From the NCBI GenBank assembly GCA_035701185.1, contig DASSNX010000112.1:1-62826 (forward strand): a DNA stretch of 62,826 nt. The letters are read 5' to 3'. The stretch comes from Candidatus Limnocylindria bacterium (GTDB taxonomy: Bacteria > Chloroflexota > Limnocylindria > QHBO01). The number at the start of each line of letters is the position of its first letter. The first letter of the stretch is position 1. Under the pieces are notes generated by a model. That model worked only from the letters and a program-made list of their open reading frames with translations. It was not told the origin of the DNA and did not search any database. Below are positions 1 to 9,447 of this stretch, piece after piece. A program made the position numbers and the translations under genes.

Positions 1-189
<189 letters not shown>

Positions 190-193
190 GCCG

Positions 194-1048
194 ATGCCCG
201 TCGAGCCGCCCGTCATCAGCCCGCGCAGCCTGGACGACGCATTCGCCGCCCTGGCCGAGGCACCACATCGGCCGGTGGCAGGCGGCACCGACCTGCTGGT
301 GCAGATCACCGGCGAGCTGGGCGAGCTGCCGGAGCGGGTGATCGACCTCTGGGGCTTGGATGAGCTGCGCGGCATTGCCCTGGACGGCGACGCCCTGGTG
401 GTCGGCGCGCTGACGACCTACACCGACATTCGCCGCTCGGCGGACGTGCAACGCGCCCTGCCCGTCCTGGCGGAAGCGGCAGCGACGATCGGCGCAGCCC
501 AGATTCAGAACCGTGGGACGCTGGGCGGCAACGCGGCCAACGCCTCGCCGGCTGGCGACACGCTGCCGATCCTGCTCGCCACCGACGCCGAGCTGACCGT
601 CGGTGGACCGCGGGGCGAGCGCACGGTGCCTGCCGCCGAGTTCTGGCCGTCGTACCGCCGCACCGCGCTCGCCGGCGACGAGCTGATCCTGCGCATTCGC
701 TTCCCGCTGGTCGACGGCCGCCAGGTCCGCTTCCGCAAGGTTGGCACCCGGCGCGCCCAGGCGATCTCCAAGGTCGTCATGGCGCTTGCCTGGCAACCGG
801 ACGGCGGCGACACGTGGCGCAACGTCCGCCTGGCCCTGGGCTCGATGGCGGCGACGCCGGTGCGTGCCACGGCGACCGAGGCGGTGCTCGAGGGGAGGTC
901 GCCGACGGCGGAGGTCGCCGATGTCGCGGTGGCGACCCTGGCCGAGGAGCTGTCCCCCATCGACGACGTGCGCTCCACGGCCGATTACCGCCGCGCGGTG
1001 GCCGGCCGGGTGCTCCATCGGCTCATTCGCGACGAGGGCGGCTGGTAG
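194..1048 (+). CDS. FAD-binding medium subunit of xanthine dehydrogenase / CO dehydrogenase family (CoxM/XdhB-like)
   Basis: Track ORF 68..1048 trimmed to the ATG at 194, 4 nt after the upstream stop. The product starts MPVEPPVISPRSLDDAF..PVAGGTDLLVQ and contains IQNRGTLGGN and STADYRR, typical of the FAD-binding PCMH-type subunit. Confidence 0.85.
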   Translation: MPVEPPVISPRSLDDAFAALAEAPHRPVAGGTDLLVQITGELGELPERVIDLWGLDELRGIALDGDALVVGALTTYTDIRRSADVQRALPVLAEAAATIGAAQIQNRGTLGGNAANASPAGDTLPILLATDAELTVGGPRGERTVPAAEFWPSYRRTALAGDELILRIRFPLVDGRQVRFRKVGTRRAQAISKVVMALAWQPDGGDTWRNVRLALGSMAATPVRATATEAVLEGRSPTAEVADVAVATLAEELSPIDDVRSTADYRRAVAGRVLHRLIRDEGGW

Positions 1049-1051
1049 GCG

Positions 1052-1666
1052 GTGCCCATCACCCGACCGTCGCGTGACGAGGTGCAGGTCTTTCCCGACG
1101 CCGCTGCCTTCCGTGATTGGCTGGACCGCCACCACGACTCGGCCGATGCGCTGTTCATCGGCTACTACAAGAAAAGCGTGCGGAAGACGGCCATGACCTA
1201 CCCGCAGGCCGTCGACGAGGCGCTCTGCTACGGCTGGATCGACGGCATCACGTACCGCATCGATGACGAGCTGAGCGCCACCCGCTTCACCCCACGGCGC
1301 CGGACCAGCAGCTGGAGCGCGATCAACATCGCCAAGATCGCCGACCTCAAGGCGGCCGGCCGCATGCATGCCGCCGGCCTGCGTGCCTTCGAAGAGCGCG
1401 ACCGCCGCAAGGACGCGCGCTACTCGTACGAGCAACCGCCCGCCGAGCTCGAGCCTGCCATGCTGGCCCGGCTGGAGGCCGATGGCGCCGCTGCATCACG
1501 CTGGCTGGCCGAGACTCCCTCGTTTCGCCGCGGCGCGGCACACTGGGTGACCGCGGCGAAGCGCCCGGATACCCGTGAGCGGCGCTTCGCCGAGCTGCTG
1601 GCCGCGCTCCACGCCGGCACGCGGCCGCGGCCGTTCCTGGTCGGGGTCACGGAGCGCAAACGCTAG
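1052..1666 (+). CDS. YdeI/OmpD-associated family protein (DUF1801-like)
   Basis: 204-aa ORF with a GTG start 3 nt after the previous stop. ALFIGYYKK...EALCYGWIDG...RFTPRR..S.WS..N resembles the YdeI family as I recall it. Confidence 0.6.
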   Translation: MPITRPSRDEVQVFPDAAAFRDWLDRHHDSADALFIGYYKKSVRKTAMTYPQAVDEALCYGWIDGITYRIDDELSATRFTPRRRTSSWSAINIAKIADLKAAGRMHAAGLRAFEERDRRKDARYSYEQPPAELEPAMLARLEADGAAASRWLAETPSFRRGAAHWVTAAKRPDTRERRFAELLAALHAGTRPRPFLVGVTERKR

Positions 1667-1698
1667 GTCGGCAGGCGACGTTCGTCTGGGAGAATCAG

Positions 1699-2331
1699 GT
1701 GCATGGTCCTGATGCGCTTCGGCCAGTGACGCTCCCCGTGATCGCCACCGGCGAGGCCACGGTGCGCACGCAGCGGCTGCTCCTGCGGCCCTGGCGGGAT
1801 GAGGATCGCGAGCCGTTTGCCGTCATGAATGCCGATCCCCAGGTGATGGAGCATTTCCCCGGGGTCATGTCGCGCGACGCGTCCGACGCGCTGGTGGACC
1901 GCATCCAGGAGCACTGGGCGGAGCTGGGTTGGGGCCTGTGGGCGGTCGAGGTGCCGGAGGTGGCGCCGTTCATCGGCTTCGTGGGCATCGCGAGGCAGGA
2001 CGCGCCGGGCTGGCCGGTGGTCGAGGTCGGTTGGCGCCTGGCCCGACCGTTCTGGGGCCGCGGCTACGCGACCGAGGGTGCCGAGCAGGCGCTCGCCTTC
2101 GGCTTCGGAACCCTGGACCTCGGTGAGATCTTCTCGTTCACGGTGCCGCAGAACACGCGCTCGCGGGCGGTGATGGAGCGCATCGGCCTGCACCACGATT
2201 CCGCGGACGATTTCGACCATCCCCGCGTCGATGCGGCGCATTACCCGCAGCTGGTGCGGCACGTGCTGTACCGGCTCACGCAGCCCGAATGGCGGGCCCG
2301 TGCAGGCAGGAGGATGAATCGTGGTGGCTGA
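1699..2331 (+). CDS. GNAT family N-acetyltransferase (RimJ/RimL-like)
   Basis: [17 protein letters not shown]..., WGLWAVEV..., [19 protein letters not shown] fit the RimJ-type GNAT pattern. The start is uncertain (GTG 1699). Confidence 0.75.
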   Translation: MHGPDALRPVTLPVIATGEATVRTQRLLLRPWRDEDREPFAVMNADPQVMEHFPGVMSRDASDALVDRIQEHWAELGWGLWAVEVPEVAPFIGFVGIARQDAPGWPVVEVGWRLARPFWGRGYATEGAEQALAFGFGTLDLGEIFSFTVPQNTRSRAVMERIGLHHDSADDFDHPRVDAAHYPQLVRHVLYRLTQPEWRARAGRRMNRGG

Positions 2332-3901
2332 CGCTCCCGGCGTGCTGGTGTCGGCGTCGGCGGATCATGCCGATGAGGTGCTGACGACAGAGGCGCTCGA
2401 TTTCGTGGCGCAGCTCCATCGGTCCTTCAACCAGCGCCGCCTGCGGCTGCTCGGCGACCGGCGGGAGCGCCAGGCGCGCTTCGATGCCGGCGAGCTGCCG
2501 GACTTCCTGCCGAACACGCTCCACGTCCGCGAGGATCCTGACTGGCAGGTCGCTCCGGCGCCGGCCGACCTGGACGATCGACGGGTCGAGATCACCGGTC
2601 CGGCCGAGCCGAAGATGATGATCAACGCCCTCAACTCGGGCGCGCGTGTCTTCATGGCGGATTTTGAAGACGCTTTATCCCCCACCTGGCAGAACGTGGT
2701 CACCGGCCAGTGGGCCATGCGGGGAGCCGTGCGCCGCACCCTGACCCATGTCACCGACGAGAAGACCTATGAGCTCGGGACGGGGCGGCTGGCAACCCTG
2801 GTCGTTCGTCCGCGCGGCTGGCACCTGGAGGAGGCGCACGTCCTGGTGGACGGCTCCCCCATCGCGGCCAGCCTCTTCGATTTCGGGCTGACCTTCTTCC
2901 ACAACGCCCGCGAGCAGCTGAAGCGCGGCTCCGGCCCCTACTTCTACCTGCCGAAGCTCGAGTCGCACCTCGAGGCGGAGCTGTGGAACGACGTCTTCGT
3001 GGCAGCGCAGGAGGCGCTGGACGTCCCCCGGGGCAGCGTCCGTGCCACGGTCCTGATCGAGACCATCCTGGCCGCCTTCGAGATGGAGGAGATCCTGTAC
3101 GAGCTGCGGCACCATGCGGCCGGACTCAATGCCGGGCGCTGGGATTACATCTTCAGCCTGATCAAGAAGCTGCGCAGCCGGCCGGATCGGGTCCTGCCGG
3201 ATCGCGCCCAGGTGACGATGGCCGTTCCATTCATGCGCGCCTACCAGCAGCTGCTGGTGACGACCTGCCATCGGCGGGGAGCGCATGCGATCGGCGGAAT
3301 GAGCGCCTTCATTCCGAACCGGCGCCAGCCCGAGGTCACCGAGCGCGCACTGGCCGCCGTGCGTGAGGACAAGCGCCGCGAGGCCGGCGACGGGTCGGAT
3401 GGCACCTGGGTGGCGCACCCGGACCTCGTGCCGGTGGCGGGCGAGATCTTCGACGAGGCCCTCGGCGACCGGCCGAACCAGAAGGATCGTTCCCCGAACG
3501 TTGCGCCGTCCGCAGCGGCGCTCCTGGACGTGACAGTGCCCGGCGGTGTGGTGACCGAGAACGGCGTGCATACCAATGTCTCGGTGGCCCTCCAGTACCT
3601 GGCCGCGTGGCTCGACGGCAACGGGGCGGCCGGCATCAATAACCTGATGGAGGACGCGGCGACCGCCGAGATCAGCCGCTCGCAGCTATGGCAGTGGCGC
3701 GTTCACCAGGCCGTCATGGATGACGGAAGGCCGATGTCGGCCGAGCGCTACACCACCGTTCGCGACGAGGAGCTGGGGCAGTTGCAGGCGTCGGCCCCGG
3801 ATTACCGCTGGGCCGATGCGGCAGCGCTGCTCGACGAGCTGGTGCTGTCCGACGACTTTGCCGAGTTCCTGACGCTGAGGGCCTACCCGCTACTCGGCTG
3901 A
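2321..3901 (+). CDS. aceB: malate synthase A
   Basis: 526 aa. VEITGP...[56 protein letters not shown] and [12 protein letters not shown] are canonical AceB blocks. Confidence 0.92.
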   Translation: MVADAPGVLVSASADHADEVLTTEALDFVAQLHRSFNQRRLRLLGDRRERQARFDAGELPDFLPNTLHVREDPDWQVAPAPADLDDRRVEITGPAEPKMMINALNSGARVFMADFEDALSPTWQNVVTGQWAMRGAVRRTLTHVTDEKTYELGTGRLATLVVRPRGWHLEEAHVLVDGSPIAASLFDFGLTFFHNAREQLKRGSGPYFYLPKLESHLEAELWNDVFVAAQEALDVPRGSVRATVLIETILAAFEMEEILYELRHHAAGLNAGRWDYIFSLIKKLRSRPDRVLPDRAQVTMAVPFMRAYQQLLVTTCHRRGAHAIGGMSAFIPNRRQPEVTERALAAVREDKRREAGDGSDGTWVAHPDLVPVAGEIFDEALGDRPNQKDRSPNVAPSAAALLDVTVPGGVVTENGVHTNVSVALQYLAAWLDGNGAAGINNLMEDAATAEISRSQLWQWRVHQAVMDDGRPMSAERYTTVRDEELGQLQASAPDYRWADAAALLDELVLSDDFAEFLTLRAYPLLG

Positions 3902-4402
3902 GCTGGTGGTGCGCTGCGGCGTGAGCGCCGCTAGGACCTGGTCGATCTGGTGCCGGTAGCGCAGCCCCGACGAGTGGCGGCGCAGCCACTCCAGGTAGCC
4001 CGGCTCGATGCGGGCGATCTCGCGCAGCGACATCCCGGCGTACCGCCCGAAATCCAACGTCGCAGCCGTCGAGCCGGTGCCATCTCGGGCGGCCGCCGCC
4101 GCGGCGGCCTCTGCGACGCGCTGGCTGAGGCTGGTGCTGGCCACGGCAGGCTGCGGTGCTGCCGGCTCGTGCGGCTCGACCGGGATGGCCACCTTGGTCT
4201 TGTCATACGCCGCCCGCAGGGCGGGCTCACGCAGCGTGGCGTAGGCCCAGTTCAGATCGGACATGGCGGCGTCGGCGTCCGGCGCATCGCTGTGGTCCGG
4301 ATGATGGAGCCGCGCCAGCGTGCGATAGGCCGCCTCGACGAGCTCCGGCACGGCCGACGGATGCAGCTGCAGGATGGCGTACGGGTCTCGTGTTTCCGGC
4401 AC
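3890..4402 (-). CDS. J-domain protein with C-terminal DUF3820-like domain
   Basis: DPYAILQL...[13 protein letters not shown] carries the HPD motif. The C-terminus [25 protein letters not shown] resembles DUF3820/QSregVF_b. Track ORF 3890..4669 was trimmed to an in-frame GTG at 4402 ([11 protein letters not shown]), because the upstream part is Arg-rich junk. The start is uncertain. Confidence 0.7.
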   Translation of the reverse strand: MPETRDPYAILQLHPSAVPELVEAAYRTLARLHHPDHSDAPDADAAMSDLNWAYATLREPALRAAYDKTKVAIPVEPHEPAAPQPAVASTSLSQRVAEAAAAAAARDGTGSTAATLDFGRYAGMSLREIARIEPGYLEWLRRHSSGLRYRHQIDQVLAALTPQRTTSSAE

Positions 4403-4500
4403 GCTGGAGACCGTAGCGCGCAGTACGGTCCTGTTCGCAACCGGCCCAATAGGGCCACTCGGCGCTACCTGGCGGCATCGGCCGATGCTGGCGATCGGCC

Positions 4501-5166
4501 TTGACGCCTCCCGCTGGACGACCGCAGAGTGCGCCGATGGAGGCCAGCTACAGCCGGATCGCCGCGCGCGGGCTCGAGCGGATCGGCGCCCTGTCCGACG
4601 GCGTGTTCGCGATTGCCATGACGCTGATCGTGCTCGAGATCCACGTTCCGCAGCTGCCGCCCGGGGCAACCGACGGCGACCTGTGGTCCGCGCTGTGGAT
4701 GCAGGGCCACAGCTTCGTGACCTTCGCGCTCAGCTTCCTGACGCTCGGGATCTTCTGGTCGGGCCAGCAGACGCAGCTCAACCACATGGCCCGCGCCGAC
4801 CGGGACCTGAGCTGGATCTACATCGGCTTCCTGGCCTTCGTCTCGATCATGCCCTTCACCACGTCGCTGCTGTCCGAGCACCTCGAGCTGCGCCTGGCGC
4901 TGCTCATCTACTGGGCGAACATCGCCGTGCTGGGCAGCATCCTGTTCGGCGCCTGGATCTACGCGCAGCACGCCGGGCTGCTGAAGGACGAGGCGGGCCC
5001 GGCGGTGGACCGCGCCATCCGGCGCCGGATCGTGGCGGCGGAGATCCTCTATGGCTTCGGCGCTCTGCTGTGCGTGGTCAGCACGGCGTGGAGCATCGCC
5101 TGGATCGTGCTGGTGCAGCTGAACTTCGCCACTGGCCCCCGGCTGCCGGGCATGCGCCACCTCTGA
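4501..5166 (+). CDS. TMEM175/DUF1211 family potassium channel-like membrane protein
   Basis: RIGALSDGVFAIAMTLIVLEI is the family signature, and multiple TM helices are present. The alternative ATG start at 4537 is equally plausible. Confidence 0.7.
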   Translation: MTPPAGRPQSAPMEASYSRIAARGLERIGALSDGVFAIAMTLIVLEIHVPQLPPGATDGDLWSALWMQGHSFVTFALSFLTLGIFWSGQQTQLNHMARADRDLSWIYIGFLAFVSIMPFTTSLLSEHLELRLALLIYWANIAVLGSILFGAWIYAQHAGLLKDEAGPAVDRAIRRRIVAAEILYGFGALLCVVSTAWSIAWIVLVQLNFATGPRLPGMRHL

Positions 5167-5178
5167 GGCCGATCGCGG

Positions 5179-5796
5179 TCAGCAGTCTCCCTCGGCGGGT
5201 GCACCGACCTCCATGGACCGCTGCAGCTTCACGGTTTCGTGTCGCGTCAGGAGGCCGATCCGAGCGGTGAACGAGGCCTGGTCGACGATCATGCTGCTCC
5301 CGGGCAGCCAGTGGCCGGCGACCGTGGCACACTCGGCGACCTTGCCGACGAGCACCAGCGCGGCCTCCTGGCCGGGATCGATGGTGATCGGGGCGAATGG
5401 GCGCGAACCCTCCACGCCGATGATGTTCGGATCCGCTGGCAGGCGCGGCTCGAGCGTCATCAGGGCCAGCGGCACATCGGTGCCGAATGGGTCGACCGCT
5501 TCGACCGTGATCGGGATCGGCCCGCCGTTGCGCACCGAGAAGGCGATGCCGATCTCATGTCCGGGCTCGAAGGGAACGAAGGTGCAATCGAGGCGCGCGC
5601 CGCCGTCGCAGCCCCCGACATCACTGCCCAGGCTCGCCCCGAACGAGCCCTGGCTGACGGGGTACCAGCCCAGGAGCGCGACCTGGCCGGCGATGAGGAC
5701 GCCGATCAGCAGCAGCACCGCCAATGCGAGGCGACCCCAGCGTGGCGTTCGGGCGGACGGCTGCGGGGATACGGCTGACGCGCTCTGGACGGTCAT
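5179..5796 (-). CDS. hypothetical membrane-anchored protein
   Basis: 205 aa with an N-terminal TM (LALAVLLLIGVLIAGQVALLGW) followed by a beta-rich soluble part. Sits 24 nt downstream of the amidohydrolase on the same strand. Confidence 0.5.
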   Translation of the reverse strand: MTVQSASAVSPQPSARTPRWGRLALAVLLLIGVLIAGQVALLGWYPVSQGSFGASLGSDVGGCDGGARLDCTFVPFEPGHEIGIAFSVRNGGPIPITVEAVDPFGTDVPLALMTLEPRLPADPNIIGVEGSRPFAPITIDPGQEAALVLVGKVAECATVAGHWLPGSSMIVDQASFTARIGLLTRHETVKLQRSMEVGAPAEGDC

Positions 5797-5820
5797 GCTC
5801 CCTCCGTGCGAGTCACATTC

Positions 5821-7230
5821 TCATGCCACCGCGCCGTTGTGCAAGACCCGCGAGCGCTCCAGGAAGCGTCCGGCGCCGCGGCGACCCACGAACTGCCCGT
5901 CACGGATGACCGGCTGTCCCCGCAGAAGCACGGTCCGCACCGCGCCACGCACCGCCACGCCTTCGTAGGGCGTGAAGTCGCTGGTGTGATGGAGGTCCGC
6001 CTGGCGCAACGTGCGGGAGGCGTTCGGGTCGAACAGGACGAGGTCAGCATCGCGGTCGACCTCCACCGCTCCCTTGGTCGGCATGCCGAACAGCCGCGCC
6101 GGGGTGGTAGCCAGGACATCCACCAGCCGCTCGAGGGACAGGCGGCCGGCGGCAACGCCCGCCGAGTACGCCAGGGTCAGCAGGGTCTCGATCCCCGGCG
6201 CCCCGTTGCTGATCTGCGGAAACGGCGGCGCGGGGACAGCCTTCTCGACCGCCAGCCGGTCGGGGACGTGGTCGGTGGCCACCAGGTCCAGGCCGCCGCG
6301 CGCGAGGCCCAGCCACAGCGCCTGGCGGTCCGATTCGGCGCGCAGCGGCGGCGAGATGACCGACTTGATGACCTCGGCCTCGTCATCGGCCTCGTACGCG
6401 GCGTCCGTGCGGGTGAGGTAGTGCGGGCAGGTCTCGGCGTAGACAGGCCAGCCGCGCGCCTTGGCGGCAACCACCTCCGCCAGCGCATCGGCGCACGACA
6501 GGTGCACGACGTAGACCGATGCCTCCGCCGCCTGGGCCAGCGCGATCGCCCGGTGGGTCGCCTCCGCCTCGGCATAGGTCGGGCGGCACGCGGCGTGGTG
6601 CCGGCACTCGGTGTGTCCGGCGTCCAGGGCGCCGGACACCAGGGCGTCGATGATCGTGGCGTTCTCGCAGTGAACCTGCAGCATCCCGCCGTGGCGGCCC
6701 ATCACCTGGAGCGCCGCGAAGAGGCGCTCATCGGGGAGGCGGAAGTCGTAGACCATGAAGGCCTTGGCCGTCGGCACCCCGCGCTCGATCAGCGCCGGCA
6801 GCTCGGCGATGGGATCCGGTTGCTGGCCGGAGATGACGGCCGAGAGTCCAAAATCCACGGCTGACTCGCCCTCGGTTCGCTGCCGGAACTCTGCGAGGCC
6901 AGCCAGCAGGGAGGCGCTGCCCTGTTCGCTGATGCCAGTGCCCGGATTGTTGAAGGCAAGAAAGGTGGTGGTGCCGCCGAACGCGGCGGCCACCGAGTCC
7001 TTGAAGAAGCGGTCCGGCTCCTCCTCGGTCGGGATGCGGGTGTGGGTGTGGACGTCGATGCAGCCGGGGAGCACCAGCAATCCGCGCGCGTCGATCGTCG
7101 CGGCCTCGGGGTCCTGGCGGCCGATGCCCTCCCCCACCTCGGTGATCCGGCCGTCGCTGATCGCCACGTCAGCTCGGACTGAGCGCTCGGCGGTGACCAC
7201 GGTGCCGCCGCGCACGACGAGATCGGTCAT
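5821..7230 (-). CDS. dihydropyrimidinase / D-hydantoinase-type cyclic amidohydrolase (candidate allantoinase role)
   Basis: Track ORF 5821..7659 trimmed to the ATG at 7230 (MTDLVVRGGTVVT). PGCIDVHTHT, FFKDSVAAAFGGTTT, AKAFMVY (carbamyl-Lys context), MLQVHCEN and ATDH are hydantoinase family blocks. Confidence 0.8.
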   Translation of the reverse strand: MTDLVVRGGTVVTAERSVRADVAISDGRITEVGEGIGRQDPEAATIDARGLLVLPGCIDVHTHTRIPTEEEPDRFFKDSVAAAFGGTTTFLAFNNPGTGISEQGSASLLAGLAEFRQRTEGESAVDFGLSAVISGQQPDPIAELPALIERGVPTAKAFMVYDFRLPDERLFAALQVMGRHGGMLQVHCENATIIDALVSGALDAGHTECRHHAACRPTYAEAEATHRAIALAQAAEASVYVVHLSCADALAEVVAAKARGWPVYAETCPHYLTRTDAAYEADDEAEVIKSVISPPLRAESDRQALWLGLARGGLDLVATDHVPDRLAVEKAVPAPPFPQISNGAPGIETLLTLAYSAGVAAGRLSLERLVDVLATTPARLFGMPTKGAVEVDRDADLVLFDPNASRTLRQADLHHTSDFTPYEGVAVRGAVRTVLLRGQPVIRDGQFVGRRGAGRFLERSRVLHNGAVA

Positions 7231-7241
7231 GGACGCGGAGC

Positions 7242-7928
7242 CTAGCGCGTGGCACCTCCCTCGCGCGGCGGCGCCAGAAATGACAACGCCCGGATTCCGG
7301 TTGCCGGGCGCGCGACCCACGCCCGCATGCCACGGCCGTCGGCCGGAAACGCCGACCGCAGGACCGTGCGATGGGCGGCCAACCGCCGTCGATTTGTGGC
7401 CGTCTCGCTGACGAGCACCCAGACGCTGACCCGGCTCGCCTTCCACCCCAAGTCGGCGGCGACCTTTGGCCCCAATCGCGCGTAGCGGTCCACGGTGCCG
7501 ATGAGCGCCTGGATGTCGACCAGGGCTGTCTTCAGCTCGATCACGAGCAGCGTGCCCGTCCCCTGGTGAAACGCCAGAAGGTCGATGGTTCCGCGCTCGC
7601 CGTAGATCGAAAATGAGACCTCCGGTCGGAACTGCCAGCCGGCACGTCCCGACAGCCATGTGGCCACCTGCTCGTGCATGGCGGAGTGTCCCGCGTTCAG
7701 CAGCCGGTCGAGCGCCGCGCCGCGCCAGCGTGGAACGACGTCGATCCGCACGTCGAGCGCATCGGCGATCCGCTCGAGTGTGCGCAGACGCATCCGGCCG
7801 ACTGCCGGCGTCTCAGCGCGGGACACGGTGCTCGCAGACAGCTTTGCCCGCCGCGCGACATCGACTTGTCGCCACCCTCGCTGCCTTCGGACGGCGCGAA
7901 ACGTGGCATTCAACCTCCTCAGCTCCAT
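7242..7928 (-). CDS. XRE-type helix-turn-helix protein fused to a PD-(D/E)XK nuclease-like domain
   Basis: The N-terminus RQRGWRQVDVARRAKLSASTVSRAE is an HTH. The central GERGTIDLLAF....LLVIELKT matches a D...E-x-K restriction-endonuclease-like core. Confidence 0.65.
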   Translation of the reverse strand: MELRRLNATFRAVRRQRGWRQVDVARRAKLSASTVSRAETPAVGRMRLRTLERIADALDVRIDVVPRWRGAALDRLLNAGHSAMHEQVATWLSGRAGWQFRPEVSFSIYGERGTIDLLAFHQGTGTLLVIELKTALVDIQALIGTVDRYARLGPKVAADLGWKASRVSVWVLVSETATNRRRLAAHRTVLRSAFPADGRGMRAWVARPATGIRALSFLAPPREGGATR

Positions 7929-8210
7929 AGCCGAGCTGATGGTGGCTGCAATTCGTTACCGCGGGCTTATCGGCCCCTGGGTGGCGCGGATTTCGGCCGA
8001 CTTGTTGATCATTCGTGCCCGCGGTGGAAGCGAGCCTGTCTTTGCGGCCCACTTCTCTTACAGATGCCATCAGCGTGGGCCTGCGACAGAGTTGCCAGCG
8101 GCCGGCCGAGCGTGAGGCATTCAGCGGACCATCGCGATAGCCACGCTGACTTCCACCCCGGGAATTTGTGATCGAGAATCAGTGCGAGAGTGGACCGACG
8201 GGGTGCTCGA

Positions 8211-8633
8211 TCAGCCAGACTCGCTGATCGAGATCGCCTGGGCGCCCTCCCACAGGACCCGGCGGCCGACCTCGCGCAGGCGGTCGCGCCAGCCTTCATC
8301 GGGCACCAGGGTGGCGAAGTGGTTGCCGGCCAGCTGCCCAACTTTGGACGAAAAGCTGCAGGCGCCGTACGGGAAGAGGATCTCGCATTCGGACAGGTCG
8401 CCGACGTAGATCAGCAGGTCGCCTGGCGCCGGGTGCGAGGTCGCGTTCTCATAGCCCACCGCGGGGCGGGAGTCACCGAACGGAATCCAGGTGGACTCGC
8501 CGCTCCAGCGGCAGTGGATCAGCTGCGAGGAAACGGGCAGCCAGGCCCGCAGCGCGTCGCGCGTGCGAGGGGCGTCCGGGTGCCAGTCGGCGCTAAAGTT
8601 CAGGTCGCCGACGCTGATGCGAAGGTCACCCAT
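8211..8633 (-). CDS. DUF3830-like (cyclophilin-like fold) protein
   Basis: 140 aa with good coding character. The family assignment is from memory of DUF3830 proteins and is not verified. Confidence 0.5.
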   Translation of the reverse strand: MGDLRISVGDLNFSADWHPDAPRTRDALRAWLPVSSQLIHCRWSGESTWIPFGDSRPAVGYENATSHPAPGDLLIYVGDLSECEILFPYGACSFSSKVGQLAGNHFATLVPDEGWRDRLREVGRRVLWEGAQAISISESG

Positions 8634-8650
8634 GCCGCGGAGGATAGCAA

Positions 8651-8992
8651 GTGGCCGGAGCGCCCACCATCAGCACGCACGTCCTCGACCTTGGCACCGG
8701 CGAGCCCGCGTCCGGTGTCCCGGTGGCCATCTTCCGGCTCGAGCCGGATGGCCGGCCAGAGCTCCTGGCCGAGCTGGAGACCGATGACGACGGCCGTATC
8801 GGCTCCATGCTCAGCGGCCCGCTCGAGGCGGGGAGCTACCAGCTGGTCTTCGACGTCGCCGAGTACCTGGGTGAGGATGCCGAGTTCTTCGAGAACGTGG
8901 CCATCGGCTTCCGCGTGGATGATGTCGAGCGCAGCTACCACGTGCCGCTGCTGCTCTCGCCGTTCAGCCTCGCCACCTATCGCGGCAGCTGA
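8651..8992 (+). CDS. uraH: 5-hydroxyisourate hydrolase (transthyretin-like)
   Basis: 113 aa. ISTHVLDLGTGEPASGV, HVPLLLSPFSLATYRGS and the C-terminal YRGS tetrapeptide are diagnostic of HIUase. A GGAGGA SD lies 6 nt before the GTG. Confidence 0.9.
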   Translation: MAGAPTISTHVLDLGTGEPASGVPVAIFRLEPDGRPELLAELETDDDGRIGSMLSGPLEAGSYQLVFDVAEYLGEDAEFFENVAIGFRVDDVERSYHVPLLLSPFSLATYRGS

Positions 8993-9006
8993 CTCACCCG
9001 AAGCCG

Positions 9007-9447
9007 ATGCACCCCAGCACGCCCATCCCCGGCACCGCCGAGCAACTGGCGTGGATGACCGGCCGATGGGTCGGTGAGCACGACGCCGATCGGATCGAGG
9101 AGGTCTGGAGCGACGCCCAGCCCGGGATGATGCTCGGCATGTTCCGCTGGCATCGCGACGGCCAGCCGCGCTTCTACGAGCTGCTGACGCTGGAGCCGGA
9201 GGGAGATCGGCTCATCTTTCGGATCAAACATTTCGGGCCTGGCCTGGTCGGCTGGGAGGAGAAGGACGAGGCGGTGACCCTGGACCTCGTGTCGCTGCGC
9301 GCGGGTGAGGCGATCTTTCTCAAGCGCGGCGAGGAGCGGTGGATGGTCTACCAGGCGCAGCCGGACTCCGGGGAGCTGTGGGCCTGGTTCGACATGACCG
9401 GCGAGCCACATCAGCCTGGCGATGAGTTCCGTTACACGCGCCGCTGA
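9007..9447 (+). CDS. DUF6265-like protein
   Basis: LAWMTGRWVGE...IEEVWS...MLGMFRW......FYELLTLE..GDRLIFRIKHF fits the DUF6265 pattern as I recall it. Confidence 0.5.
   Translation: MHPSTPIPGTAEQLAWMTGRWVGEHDADRIEEVWSDAQPGMMLGMFRWHRDGQPRFYELLTLEPEGDRLIFRIKHFGPGLVGWEEKDEAVTLDLVSLRAGEAIFLKRGEERWMVYQAQPDSGELWAWFDMTGEPHQPGDEFRYTRR

Noticed and set aside
5821-7659. Long N-terminal extensions given by the ORF track for 5821..7659, 31778..34009, 34145..35263, 40006..44163, 44202..45536, 53811..54953, 54452..55762, 39005..40282, 28865..30100, 14312..15160 and 68..1048.
   Set aside because: The extensions overlap neighbouring real genes and translate to low-complexity Arg/Pro/Ala sequence. Conserved family N-termini begin at internal ATG/GTG codons, which often form 4-nt overlaps with the upstream stop.
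7929-8210. A purine riboswitch or other known riboswitch in the long spacers of the purine cluster and at 46472..46749.
   Set aside because: I could not find the conserved purine-riboswitch loop/junction core or other riboswitch cores I know by eye. An Infernal/Rfam scan would be decisive.
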